Virus record (IMG/VR): IMGVR_UViG_3300044825_001015
Location: 1 to 64,000 of that record
DNA from: a virus
Strand: one strand, 5' to 3'
DNA: 64,000 bases
Shown here: in pieces, positions 34,597-45,800 of the stretch
Numbering within the stretch: position 1 is the stretch's first letter
Layout of the letters: every line of letters starts with the position of its first letter
Position numbers and translations under genes: made by a program
Notes under the pieces: generated by a model
What the model was told of the DNA's origin: nothing
The model's input: the letters and a program-made list of their open reading frames with translations, nothing else
Database searches by the model: none

Positions 34597-34612
34597 ATCC
34601 GAAAGGTAGGTG
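34597..34612 (+). promoter_or_regulatory. 16-bp leader motif ATCCGAAAGGTAGGTG before the major tail gene
   Basis: Exact copy of 30415-30430; overlaps the inverted repeat GGATATTAA-A-TTAATATCC. Confidence 0.7.
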
Positions 34613-34619
34613 TAAATTA

Positions 34620-35330
34620 ATGGCCGATAAGGGTGAAGTTAGGAATATTATCGTTGGAGCCGCACAGGTCTTCATCTCAAAGGGAGACTCAACAGCCCCA
34701 ACAAATTACAAGAAGTCAATGCCAGTCTTTGGAACAGCAAAAAGCGCTGCTTCATACCTGGAGAGTGACGATGTAGCAAATTGGAGAAACGTAGGCTTTA
34801 CATCAGAAGGTTTTGAGATTTCTTACGAACCACAATATGGTGAAGTTGAAGTTGACCAGTTGCTTGACTCTGCTCGTATCTTCAAGACCCAGTTGAGAGT
34901 TATGCTTCGTACCTCTATGTCTGAGGGTACTCTTCAAAATGTTCGTACTGCTTTTGGTCAGGCTAATGACACTCAGGTAAATACTGTTTACTCTGACGGT
35001 GGCGCAGCCTCAACAGCAGCATCAGCATACGGAGGTACCCTTGATGCTGGTGGAACAAGCAACGTATTGAGACTTTCTGCAGGATCTCTAGGTGAGGCTC
35101 CTGTTGAAAGATCATTGATTGCTGTCGGTCCTGGACCAACAACAGCAACCAATACAACAAAGACAGAAAGAGTTTATCTCGCTCGTCGTGTTCTTTCCAT
35201 GGAGACTGTATCCCACGCTCTCCGTAGAAACGAGGCTACCGTATACCCAGTTACATTCCGTTGTCTCCCAGATGACGATTATGTAAATGCAGAATATGGT
35301 GAAATTTTAGACCGTGTATACACAGCCTAA
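34620..35330 (+). CDS. Major tail (tube) protein
   Basis: NIIVGAA, VGFTSEG.EISYEP...VDQLLD, PVTFRCLP; upstream of the chaperones and TMP. Confidence 0.87.
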   Translation: MADKGEVRNIIVGAAQVFISKGDSTAPTNYKKSMPVFGTAKSAASYLESDDVANWRNVGFTSEGFEISYEPQYGEVEVDQLLDSARIFKTQLRVMLRTSMSEGTLQNVRTAFGQANDTQVNTVYSDGGAASTAASAYGGTLDAGGTSNVLRLSAGSLGEAPVERSLIAVGPGPTTATNTTKTERVYLARRVLSMETVSHALRRNEATVYPVTFRCLPDDDYVNAEYGEILDRVYTA

Positions 35331-35361
35331 ATCCTAATAACTAAATAGTTTTAAGGTAGAC

Positions 35362-35390
35362 ACCCCGCTCAAAAGGCGGGGTTCTATCTT
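35362..35390 (+). terminator. Intrinsic terminator after the major tail gene
   Basis: ACCCCGC-N7-GCGGGGT followed by TCTATCTT. Confidence 0.75.
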
Positions 35391-35443
35391 TATGTCTTTG
35401 CCCCCTATTTTGGTATAATTTAATTAAGTTATTAGGAGGAAAA

Positions 35444-35779
35444 TTGGCTACTGTTATTTATGATACAGCAGAGTTAGAATTAGAAAATGGCGAGGTTATT
35501 GTAGTTAAGCCTCTGCCAATCAAGACCCTAAAGAAGTTTATGTCTGTCATTCAAGAGATGGATTCAGAGAATATTAAGACTGAAGAAGATGCAATGAATG
35601 TTTTCATCAAAGCAGCCATGGTTTGCTTAGAAAAGACAGCACCAGAATTGTCAAAGGACAGAGAGGCTTTTGAGGAAGCAGTCAATGTACCAACAATGAT
35701 GAAAATTCTGGAGGTTTGTGGAGGTCTGAAACTTAACGACCCAAACCTTCTAGGGGCGGCTCTAGTTGGGACGAACTAG
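35444..35779 (+). CDS. Tail assembly chaperone (G-like)
   Basis: Between tail tube and TMP; TTG start after AGGAGG. Confidence 0.85.
   Translation: MATVIYDTAELELENGEVIVVKPLPIKTLKKFMSVIQEMDSENIKTEEDAMNVFIKAAMVCLEKTAPELSKDREAFEEAVNVPTMMKILEVCGGLKLNDPNLLGAALVGTN
35740..35746 (+). other. -1 programmed frameshift slippery heptamer C CCA AAC
   Basis: X XXY YYZ in the correct phase; the -1 frame is open from 35737 to 36060 with a TAA just upstream. Confidence 0.8.
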
Positions 35780-36060
35780 ATCTAGCAGCCCTAGAGTCTG
35801 AGGTGTTCTTAATTGGTAACTGGAAAAGTTACGATGAACTTGAAGAACAATTGTCCATCGATGAATTGCTTGCCACACTCAATTCAATCAGAAAGCAAAA
35901 AAGAGAGGAGCAAAAGTTTCTTGCAGCGTTACAAGGGGTTGACCTCTCCGATACTGAGCCAGCAGACATTACAGAACTTTCTGGCTACCATGCTGCAGAG
36001 GCAGGCTTTGGTATAGGAATGGGTATTGGACATGCTAAGGTGGAGGTAGTTGATGTATGA
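35740..36060 (+). CDS. Tail assembly chaperone, frameshifted (GT-like) C-terminal part
   Basis: -1 frame reads ...PSRGGSSWDELDLAALESEVFLIGNWKSY...; no convincing SD before 35803. Confidence 0.78.
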   Translation, partial: PKPSRGGSSWDELDLAALESEVFLIGNWKSYDELEEQLSIDELLATLNSIRKQKREEQKFLAALQGVDLSDTEPADITELSGYHAAEAGFGIGMGIGHAKVEVVDV

Positions 36061-39000
36061 GCCGTATAGATCTTAATATTGTTGCGACTGGGCAGTTTGG
36101 ACAAGTAGAAACTGCTCTATCTAGATTAAGGGCACAAGTTGCTGCTCTTAATACACAGATGGCTGGGATAGGTGGAGTTGACCCAGCAACAATAAGATCT
36201 GTTCAATCATACGTTAATAGTTTTAATGAAGTAATAGATAGAAGCGGAATGTTTGATCGTCATATGGTAAATATGACGACAGAAACAGAAAGATTTGGAC
36301 GCAGCCTACAGCAAAATAGACTTAGATTAAGCGAATACTCTAGAGCAATTAGAGAATTCCGCAGAGGCGAGATGGGCCAAATCAAGCAACTTGCTAGAGA
36401 GCAAGTTAGAATGATGAACGCTACATCAATGATGATGCCTGATGGTAGAGCGCAAGTTATAGTTCCCAGAGGCATTGATGAGGCAATAGATAAGCAAAAA
36501 ATTCTTAATCAAGAATACAGAATTTTTAGACAAACTGTTCAAGGTGCCTCTACTCAATTAATTAACTGGGGTAAGAATACACAATGGGCTGGTCGTCAAT
36601 TAACTGTAGGTCTTACCGTTCCACTCACCATCTTTGGAGCAGCCGCTGGCAAGATGTTCATGGATGTTGATAAGGAACTGACAAGACTAGGCAAGGTTTA
36701 TGGAGGAACTGCTGGTAAAATTGCTAGCCCAACTCAGGTCGCTGCAATTAGAGAACAAACACAGGCACTCGCTAAAGAACTTGCAGCATCTATGGGAATT
36801 GCCGCACAGGAAACAGCAGGACTCGCTGCTGATATCGCTGCTACTGGCGCAGAGGGCGCGGACCTAATTGCAGCAACTAGAGAGTCTGTTAGATTATCAG
36901 TACTTGGTGAAGTCGATAGGCAAGAGGCCATGAGAGCAACCCTTGCTATTCAAAGCGTATTTAAGAAAAGTAATGAAGAGTTAGCAGACTCTATTAACTT
37001 CCTTAACTCAGTAGAAAACCAAACATCAACAACTCTGAATGATTTAGTAACTGGAATTGTTAAGGCTGGTCCAGTAGTTGAAGGTCTTGGCGGAAGTATT
37101 CAAGATCTTGCTATGATGATGGTTGCTATGCGTGAAGGTGGAGTTCCTGCTGCCGAAGCCGCCAACGCTATTAAATCTTCAATGGGTTCTTTAATTAATC
37201 CAACAAAAGTAACCTCAGAGCAGTTTAAAGAAATGGGAATTAACCTAAGAGGTTTAGTAGATAAGAATGCTGGAGATTTAATTGGAACACTTAAAGCATT
37301 ACAAGATGAATTAAGCACACTTGATGAACTAAGTCGTCAGCGTGCTATTGAGCAACTGTTTGGAAAGTATCAGTTCGCTAGAATAAATGCATTGCTTGAT
37401 AATCTTGGAAGAGCAGGAAGCCAGACAGAAGAAGTAACTAAACTAGCGGCACTTAGCGCAGAACAGTTAGCAAAAACTGCAGAAAACGAGTTAAAGGTTC
37501 TTACAGAATCAGCAAGCATGAGATTCCAAAGAGCATTAGAAACAATTAAGGCAAATCTTATTCCTATCGGAGAGACATTTGTCAATATTGGAACCGTTCT
37601 TTTAGAAATAGGAAATAGAGTATTCGAAATATTTAATAGTCTTCCACAGCCAGTACAAAACTTTATCAAGGGTCTTGGCTTGTTTGTTGGACTTGCTGGA
37701 CCAATTATTATGATTACTGGCGTTATGGGCAACTTCCTTGGATACATAGTCAAGGGTGCGGGGGCCATGCTTGCCCTAAAGAGAGCGGGAAGAGGAGCAT
37801 TTGAATACTTTACTCCAGAATCAGTTGCTGCTAGAACAGCAAGCGAACTTTTGACAGGCGCAGTTTATAACCAAACAGAAGCATTTGGAGTTATGAATGC
37901 AGCCCTAGAAACGCTTAACCAAAATCTTAAAGAAATGTCTATGAACTTAAGAAATGCACAAAATGCATCTACTGGAATGGCTGGAGCAGCCATGGCTGCC
38001 GCAGAAGGATCAGCAGTAGTTAGTGGTGGTCGTATAGATCCAGAAAGCATTACTGGAACAATGTATTATGATGAGCATTCAAAGTACAGAGGCTTTGAAA
38101 GAAGTCATAATATTCCAGTACTGACTGGCATGGAGCGCGACTATCAAACATCTGCAATTATTTTGCCAGACTACATGACTGCTGAAAGATCATTCCAAAG
38201 TGCCTCAAAGACTTGGACCCCACAATTCTATGATCCAAGTTCTGGTATGACTAGAAGAGAGTTCCTTGCTCAAAATGCTGATACCGCAGCAGCAAGAAAT
38301 CTTATTTCTAACCCTAAGTCTGCTTTTACAGATGAGGGACTAGCGAGACTTGCTCCAACCAGAGAGGAATATAAGCAAAGTGCTACCGCCTATCTTGCTG
38401 GTCTTAAAACTCTAGTAAATAATACTAACAAAGAGACTATGGATGCCCTAAAGAGTGCTAAGGCCAGGGGTGACTTTGCTGGAATGCGAGCAATAATTGA
38501 AAGAGCGATTTCTGAAAATAAAATAGCCTATCAAGGCTATGTAAACGAAATTTCAACTTCCTTAGACGCATCTGGTCAAACAATGGAGCAGATGACTAAG
38601 GCCGCTATGGGGCTAGAGAGCCAGATCAGTCCAAAGTCTGGAATGTTCGCTACAATCAAAGAAGGTCGCGGATTTAATGCCTACTTATACTCACTTATGG
38701 GAGGAGGCATAGCAGATGTTAATAATCAAATGATGGCTGCTGCCCAGGCTCTTATTAATCCTGTAGGATCACAAGCATCTCAATTTATATCTCAAGCAAG
38801 AGCAGCGGGCATGAAGTTGGCTGGATACACTAGCGCTAAGGGTAAAAAATATATAGTAGACTTCACAAATGGTATAGAGCAGGCAACAGTATATGCAGTT
38901 AATAGTTCTACTGGTCAAATTGAAAAAGTTATAAAGGGTGCAGTAGCAAAGAAGATGGCCTCCTCTCCACAGGCTCAGGCTGCAATTGCTAGACATGACT

Positions 39001-42000
39001 CCGCAGTAGCGAGACTTGATGCTATGACAAAGGCTGATATAGATTCTGCAACTGCCGCACTTAATGCAGCATCTGGACAGAACACTCCAGGAGTGCCAGC
39101 CCCAGGACGACAGCCAGGAAGATTTAGTAGGTTTATGGGTGGCGCTGGAGGAATGGGTCTTATGGGTGGAATGTCTGCCCTCTCCATGCTAGGTGGTGCC
39201 ACTCAGGGTAATGCTGCCATGAGCATTCTAGGAACAACTGGAATGGGTGCCTCATTAGGAATGATGGCTGGACCTAAAGGTGCCGCTGCTGGAGCCGCCA
39301 TAGGCGCACTCGCAGGAACATTTATGTCAGCAAAATCTAATATGGATGAAGTTAGGGCCAATGCAAAGAAGTTAGCAGATAGCATGTCACTTAGCGCTAG
39401 CGCTCTAGATCAAACCGCAGAGTTCTTTGGCAATACAACTATGGTTAGTAGAGCATCTGCAGAAAGTGTTCTTGAAGGTACTGGGATTAGACAAAAGCAA
39501 CTGACTCAGGGACAAGAGTACCTTGCTAGCGAGGCAGGGCAAAAGTTTGTAGAAGGATTCTCACAAGGAATTAATTCTTATGGATTCAATACTGCATTAG
39601 ATGGAATGGCTAGAAACCTAGCAACAATGGTTATGCAAGGCGCACTCTCCTTTGAGGATGCTGAAGGAATTTCTGCTGCTATGGCAGAACAATTGAATAT
39701 GCCTACACTAACTGCAAAAGTTCAAGGTGAATTGACCAGCATACTTGGTCCAGATGGAAGAGATGTGTTGAAGAGGCCAATTACTGTAGCCTTAGAAATA
39801 CAAGAAGAGAATATGAGGCAAGCCGCCCAAATGCAGGCAGCCGTATTAAGCCAAGAAATTGGTGATATCCAGCCAACCATTACACAGTCCATACTTACAG
39901 GGATACTTGGGCCTACTGGAATTGCGCTTCAAGAAATAGGAAATATGGACATACCAGGACTTTCTGGATGGGTTAGAGATTTAAGAGGTTTTGTAAATCA
40001 AGATTATTCTACTGCGGTAGCAGGAGTTACTGCATTAGGAAAGACCATAGGGAACCAATTAAGAACTGCATATGACAACATCAATGTTGCAAAGCAAAGA
40101 TACAATGATCTAGAAAAAGAAGCCCTTGCTATGGAAAAGGGTCCAGAAAGAAAGCGGGCCTTAGCAGAACTAGATAGAGAAAAGAGAAAAATTGGTGAAC
40201 TAGAGCAATCATATGAAGAGATGAGAAAGCAATCAAGCGAGTACTTTGGAGATATACTTGCTCAAGATGCTGGACTTGCGGCTGAATACTTAGGTTCTAT
40301 GTCAGAATCAGTTAAAGAGATGTTTGCTGGAACTGCAGAAGATCCTGCAGCACAGGCTTTAATTGGACTATTGTCTGGAATGGATCAGCAACTTCAAGCA
40401 GATGTTATGCTCAATATATCTTCTGGACAAATGTCTCCTACTGCTGCTATGTCATTTATAAACATGCTCGGAGGCGGAGAGGATGCTGTTAAGGCATTTA
40501 ATATTGTTGTAGAGTCACAAGGAATAACTGGCGCAAATGAGATGCTACTAAAATTAATGCAAATTGAAGATGAAGAGTTAAGAAAGACATTAATTCTACA
40601 ATTAGTAGCAGAATCTGGCGGAGAAGACTATGCTATGGGAATGACTGATGAAGAGAAGGCAACCCTAGAATCAGATTTAGAAGATCTTAAGCAAAAAAGA
40701 GATGACTTGCTTAATAGGAAAGAAAAAGGAACACTATTCTCTGCAGTTAAGCCAGATTTTTACGATGACGACATTGCAGATGTTGAGGCAGATATTGCTA
40801 GCATAGAGCAAAGATTGGCAGATGCGGAAGCACGGGCTAATCAAGTAGCATCAGAAACTGATGGTGGATACACTATGCCAGTAGATTCCGCACGGTACGC
40901 AGCACAGATTCCAGGTGCTGATGTTAAAGATATAATCGCTCCAAGTTTAAAGACAGTAACAGACTATAATCTAGCATTACAGGAACTTGATAAATTAAAT
41001 GTAGCGCCAGATGTAGATCTAAGCCAAGTAGATGGTATGACCCAGGAAACATTGTCTAATGTAACCAGCATCCTTCAAGAAATTTTAGCGCTACCAGATG
41101 ACATTGTAAAAAGTATAGATGTTAACGCCGTATCAGCAATGGGAGATCTTTCCAGATTTGAAGTTAATTGGAAGAAAGTAGATTCATTCCAAGATATAGA
41201 AAAGCAACTAGGAATGGCAGACAACTTCTCTGACACATTTAATAAATTTGGAATAAATTACTCAGAGTTTGCAGCACTTCCAAATATTGTTAAGTACATG
41301 ATTATGTACTATGTTGAACTTTTAATGAAAATTAATGCTCAAATTACAGCATTAGCAGGAACTGCAGCAACTGAGGGTCCAGAGGCTGGAAATAGAGCAA
41401 TTGAAGGATTAAGAACCCAAGCCGCAACTATTATGGATACTGTAAAGGGAATTATTTCTTCTGCTCAAGGATCTGGATATACTCCAAGCACTACTACTAG
41501 TCCTCCAAGCACTACTTCTGGTGGAGATGGCGGGTCTGGAGGAGGAGGAAAAGATAAGAATCCATATGAAGATCTTATCAAGCAACAAAATAAACTTATA
41601 GATGGAATAAGAAGAGAAAGAGAAGAGAGGCAAAGAGTTTTAAGACTTCAAGAAGAATCTCTTAATTTTATGCTGAAGCAGCAAGGTCTGCAAAATCAAA
41701 TTGCCCGTGCTAGGGCGGAGGGCAACCTTGCAGAAGCAGCATTATTACAGGCACAAAAAGATATAGATGCACAGCAGAGAGAGCGCGAACTTGAAGAAGA
41801 GAGAAGGCAGCAAGCAGAAGATCGTGAAATCCGCAAGAGAGAGCAAATTATTGAAATTCTTGAAAAGGGAGGAAAGTTTGCTGAAAAACTTGCTGCTGCA
41901 ATAAAGAGACTTGATGGTGCTATCCCATATAGCCTTTTAGATGGTCGCGGAGGTAAGGGTAAAGGCAAGGGTAAGGGTAAAGCATTTGGAGGAATGATTT

Positions 42001-42365
42001 CTGGTCCAGGAGGCCCAAGAGATGACCTTATACCTGTAATGCTTTCAAACGGAGAATTTGTTGTTCAGGCTTCTGCCGTAGATAAGTATGGCGTTGGATT
42101 TATGCAAATGATTAATAATAAGCAACTTGATGGATTTGCTGGCGGAGGCTACTCATCAAGATACCCAGGAATGGTTGCTAAGATGGCTATTGGTGGTCAA
42201 GTAATGAGAGCGTCTGGAAGTGCATTGTTAGCAAACAATAATACAGAGTATAATATAGAAGTAAATGTTGCTGGAACAAATGCTTCCCCAGATGATATTG
42301 CAACAGAAGTTATTAGAGCCATTGAAAGAAGACAAAGAATGAAGGGGACGATGATCAGAATATGA
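36057..42365 (+). CDS. Tape measure protein (TP901-like core)
   Basis: 2102 aa, Ala-rich helical, WGKNTQWAGRQLTVG, C-terminal GPGG...LSNGEFVV. Confidence 0.95.
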   Translation: MSRIDLNIVATGQFGQVETALSRLRAQVAALNTQMAGIGGVDPATIRSVQSYVNSFNEVIDRSGMFDRHMVNMTTETERFGRSLQQNRLRLSEYSRAIREFRRGEMGQIKQLAREQVRMMNATSMMMPDGRAQVIVPRGIDEAIDKQKILNQEYRIFRQTVQGASTQLINWGKNTQWAGRQLTVGLTVPLTIFGAAAGKMFMDVDKELTRLGKVYGGTAGKIASPTQVAAIREQTQALAKELAASMGIAAQETAGLAADIAATGAEGADLIAATRESVRLSVLGEVDRQEAMRATLAIQSVFKKSNEELADSINFLNSVENQTSTTLNDLVTGIVKAGPVVEGLGGSIQDLAMMMVAMREGGVPAAEAANAIKSSMGSLINPTKVTSEQFKEMGINLRGLVDKNAGDLIGTLKALQDELSTLDELSRQRAIEQLFGKYQFARINALLDNLGRAGSQTEEVTKLAALSAEQLAKTAENELKVLTESASMRFQRALETIKANLIPIGETFVNIGTVLLEIGNRVFEIFNSLPQPVQNFIKGLGLFVGLAGPIIMITGVMGNFLGYIVKGAGAMLALKRAGRGAFEYFTPESVAARTASELLTGAVYNQTEAFGVMNAALETLNQNLKEMSMNLRNAQNASTGMAGAAMAAAEGSAVVSGGRIDPESITGTMYYDEHSKYRGFERSHNIPVLTGMERDYQTSAIILPDYMTAERSFQSASKTWTPQFYDPSSGMTRREFLAQNADTAAARNLISNPKSAFTDEGLARLAPTREEYKQSATAYLAGLKTLVNNTNKETMDALKSAKARGDFAGMRAIIERAISENKIAYQGYVNEISTSLDASGQTMEQMTKAAMGLESQISPKSGMFATIKEGRGFNAYLYSLMGGGIADVNNQMMAAAQALINPVGSQASQFISQARAAGMKLAGYTSAKGKKYIVDFTNGIEQATVYAVNSSTGQIEKVIKGAVAKKMASSPQAQAAIARHDSAVARLDAMTKADIDSATAALNAASGQNTPGVPAPGRQPGRFSRFMGGAGGMGLMGGMSALSMLGGATQGNAAMSILGTTGMGASLGMMAGPKGAAAGAAIGALAGTFMSAKSNMDEVRANAKKLADSMSLSASALDQTAEFFGNTTMVSRASAESVLEGTGIRQKQLTQGQEYLASEAGQKFVEGFSQGINSYGFNTALDGMARNLATMVMQGALSFEDAEGISAAMAEQLNMPTLTAKVQGELTSILGPDGRDVLKRPITVALEIQEENMRQAAQMQAAVLSQEIGDIQPTITQSILTGILGPTGIALQEIGNMDIPGLSGWVRDLRGFVNQDYSTAVAGVTALGKTIGNQLRTAYDNINVAKQRYNDLEKEALAMEKGPERKRALAELDREKRKIGELEQSYEEMRKQSSEYFGDILAQDAGLAAEYLGSMSESVKEMFAGTAEDPAAQALIGLLSGMDQQLQADVMLNISSGQMSPTAAMSFINMLGGGEDAVKAFNIVVESQGITGANEMLLKLMQIEDEELRKTLILQLVAESGGEDYAMGMTDEEKATLESDLEDLKQKRDDLLNRKEKGTLFSAVKPDFYDDDIADVEADIASIEQRLADAEARANQVASETDGGYTMPVDSARYAAQIPGADVKDIIAPSLKTVTDYNLALQELDKLNVAPDVDLSQVDGMTQETLSNVTSILQEILALPDDIVKSIDVNAVSAMGDLSRFEVNWKKVDSFQDIEKQLGMADNFSDTFNKFGINYSEFAALPNIVKYMIMYYVELLMKINAQITALAGTAATEGPEAGNRAIEGLRTQAATIMDTVKGIISSAQGSGYTPSTTTSPPSTTSGGDGGSGGGGKDKNPYEDLIKQQNKLIDGIRREREERQRVLRLQEESLNFMLKQQGLQNQIARARAEGNLAEAALLQAQKDIDAQQRERELEEERRQQAEDREIRKREQIIEILEKGGKFAEKLAAAIKRLDGAIPYSLLDGRGGKGKGKGKGKAFGGMISGPGGPRDDLIPVMLSNGEFVVQASAVDKYGVGFMQMINNKQLDGFAGGGYSSRYPGMVAKMAIGGQVMRASGSALLANNNTEYNIEVNVAGTNASPDDIATEVIRAIERRQRMKGTMIRI

Positions 42366-42835
42366 CCTTCTCAACACCAAGCGTTATAAAACTTTCTGTA
42401 GTTGGAGGAAATGCTACAGAATTTGATAATTTAAATTCAGGCGGCGCCCTCACATTGTCTGATCATTCTAGATCCCCATTGTCCGTATCCTATGATGTTT
42501 TGAGCAAGTCTGACAGAATGGCAGATGGAACATTGAAGAGATATGTTGTCGCTAGAAAGAAAATAATTCAATGTCAATGGTCTATGCTTCCAACAATCAG
42601 AAGCCAGGTTGCAGATGGAAATGCTGATGCAAGAGACATGAAAGAGTTTTATGAGTCTAATTTATATAGGCCCATGAGTATGACTTTATACTATAATAGA
42701 AATACTGCAGAGCGATCTGGCGGGGCGTATGCAGAAACACTATCAGTCTATTGGAACAATTTCACATTTGATGTAGTAAAAAGATATAAGAACTTTGACT
42801 ACTGGAATGTAACAGCAGAATTTTTGGAGATATAA
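42362..42835 (+). CDS. Distal tail protein-like minor tail protein
   Basis: Directly after the TMP; LSDHSRSP...RMADGTLKRY. Confidence 0.7.
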   Translation: MTFSTPSVIKLSVVGGNATEFDNLNSGGALTLSDHSRSPLSVSYDVLSKSDRMADGTLKRYVVARKKIIQCQWSMLPTIRSQVADGNADARDMKEFYESNLYRPMSMTLYYNRNTAERSGGAYAETLSVYWNNFTFDVVKRYKNFDYWNVTAEFLEI

Positions 42836-45800
42836 TGCTAGGCAATACTACAGTCAGAAACTCAATTAATGGGTCTGATGTTGTTGAAGCGAAGCCAAAA
42901 ATTATTGCTGAATGGAATATGAATTCCATTGCAAGCCCATTTATTCATGGTACTGAAACTCATCCAATATCTTTTACCCCGCTAACTCTTCAAAAGGGGG
43001 CGGCAGCGCCAAACATTACAAGTATTACTGAAACTTCAAACTTTGATAGAACTTTCTATAGTCCAGTTTTTAATGATAATACATCTCAATTAATTATTGC
43101 TTCTTCAAGTTCTACTTCTGCTCTAGTGTCTGGATATGCTATGGCTAATGGAACAGCATCTTTAATTTTAAAAAACAAGATACCAATTTCTAATGGCGAT
43201 AGTATTCAAGTTTCTGGAGTAGGTCAACTTTTCGACGGCTCATATGTAGTTGCATCACAACTAGGTGGAGTCCTTTTATCTTACGTTACAAATAATTCAT
43301 CAAGTAATGTAAGCCTTACATCATCTCCAATACAAGGTAGAGTATCTGCCAATATTTCAGAATATTATGTAGACTTTACAGTATCTACGTTTGCTAGCAG
43401 AGCAGCAAAAATATTTTTTAAATTGAAGTCTGACTATCAATTTCAATCACAAAGTTCTCAATTATTTTTAGAAGAATTTAATGTGACTCTTAGGGCGGTA
43501 GGTCTGAAAGATGGAGTCCCTGTATATACACAATCAATAACAAAGAATTACACAGTCAATTCAACTTCATGGACAGATGCATATATATCATTTGCAAATC
43601 CAGATAGCCAGGTAGATGTTGTTAGAGTTTATATCTCTATGGAAGTTTCAAATGATTATCGTGCCGCGTTGATAGTGGATCAGATATTTGGAGCGAACGT
43701 ATCAGACTTTGAAGTGTATACAGAAGATAGAACCCCACTCTCAGAAGTTTTTGATGTTTATAGGCCAGGAGAAGTACTGCTAGATGCTGGGCCAAAAAAT
43801 GTAGAAATAAACTCTACATTGACATATCCACAACAATGCACACCAACTCAGATGGCGCACAAGTATGCTATTGGTGATTTATATCAAAAGGTGCAGCGCA
43901 GCATAACCCCATTCGCTGGCAATCCATATAGTTACTATGTTTCTGCAACTGGGTGGGGTAGCAAAAGAATCTGGTGCATATACGATAAAGAAATTTCTGT
44001 AAATAAATTAGTAATAAAAGTCAATGCAATTGCAGCAAAGCCAGCGGTGGACTCTTTTGTAATAAAAATATTAGTAAATAAGCAATGGGAAACTATTCAA
44101 ACAACTTCTATGGCATTTACTAATAATGGATTATTAACCCTCTATTATAACGGTACTTCATGGAGTACAACACCATGGTCACTAGTTCCAACAATATCTG
44201 AAGCGACAGGACAAATAGATAAAAGAAGAATCATACAGGGCGTAGCGTTTGAATGCATTAATCAATCATACACTATAGAAAATAGTCCACTAAACAAGCC
44301 CGACGCTTTGCAAACATTAGAGTTGATAGAAATATCACCAAGACTAGAACTTGATTTATCTAAGTTTGTTTCAGGACTTTCAGTAAATAAAGAGTTAGAT
44401 AGTTCTGATATTCCGCTACCTCTAGGATCTATTACATCAAATACTGCTACTATAGATTTTTCAAATATTCCAATAATTATCTCAAGTTCAGACATGAACA
44501 CCGCAGAAGTTAATGATGTTGTTCCTATTAGCAATTATGCATCTACATCTCCATTAAAAAATCTTTTAGTTAAGGGTGTCAAACTAAAAGGATCTTTTGA
44601 CATTAATACTGGTGTAACATCTGGAACACAGAGTATTGTAAATGTACCATCCTTTATCATGTATGTAGAAAGATGGAAAGAGACAACAGACATTGTTTCT
44701 GCTGAATGCTATGATTCTGTTAAAAGATTACAAAATATAAAATCTAGACCTTTATATCTAAAAGATAAATCCATCAATGAAATAATATATAGCATACTTG
44801 ACTCAGTAGGATTTGGAGACTACTACTTTGACGAACTAAGTAAATTAAAGATAGTAAAGTATGAAAATGATCAATCTTCAATATCTGCTTCTACAACTTT
44901 AAATCAAAATATCGAATACTTCTGGGCAGTAGATGAAGATTCTATTACAGATACCCTTAATGATTTATTAAAACCTTATCAAGTTTCCATATATACAGAT
45001 GAGTATGGAGCATTAAGGTTCTTATCTCTGTATGAAATAAATACAAAAGCAAATTCTGTTGCAGAATCAGATGTTTTATATATTCAAGATCTAAATCAAG
45101 TTCCACAGGGTGGAACTGTAAGAAGAAGCAATTTAATGTCCCTAGAGTTTGAAGAGATAGAAAGACCAGAGAAAGTAACTATTAAATATAAAAGACCTAT
45201 GCCAAGCCTTTCTGACTATAGGCAGGCTAAAGACAGGCCGTATGCATCTATGACTGAGAGTGCCACAGATATTGTTTGGGAACCAGAGCAGCAGGCACAA
45301 GTACTCTCATTCTTTGAAATAGCAAGTCCAGGAATATTAACAGAAACACAGAATAGAATACCTTTCGACATTAATAGTGTTTCTAGAATAAATCGTGCGA
45401 TAGAAAATTCTGGGTATTTATTGATTGATCAGGAAATAGTTAAGTATGATGGATTAGAGTATATATTTACATTTACTAATTCTACTGGAACATCTCAGTC
45501 AAGAACTGAAGTTATTAGAAATAGTGCAGATATAAATAGAGTTATTTCAGAAATTTATCAATTAAATGAAGTTTCAAATATAACATGGAGTCCTTCAGGA
45601 TACATGGTAAATGTAGAAAGAGGCTGCTTTGGCACAGAGCCAGCAAAGCATATTGTTTTATCTAATGGAAGTAGAAGCGGGTGGCTTGGTAGAGAATTCA
45701 ATGCAGCATATAAACAAGTATCAAGTATAGATGAGGCAGACGGAACATTTGGTGCTTCTAACGGTAATATTTCTATTAAGTGTGAAAAAGAAAGCGGAGG

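Noticed and set aside
34561-34612. Possible hammerhead ribozyme (GATGA...stem...GAAA)
   Set aside because: No CUGAnGA core and no stems I/III found; better explained as a leader hairpin plus extended SD
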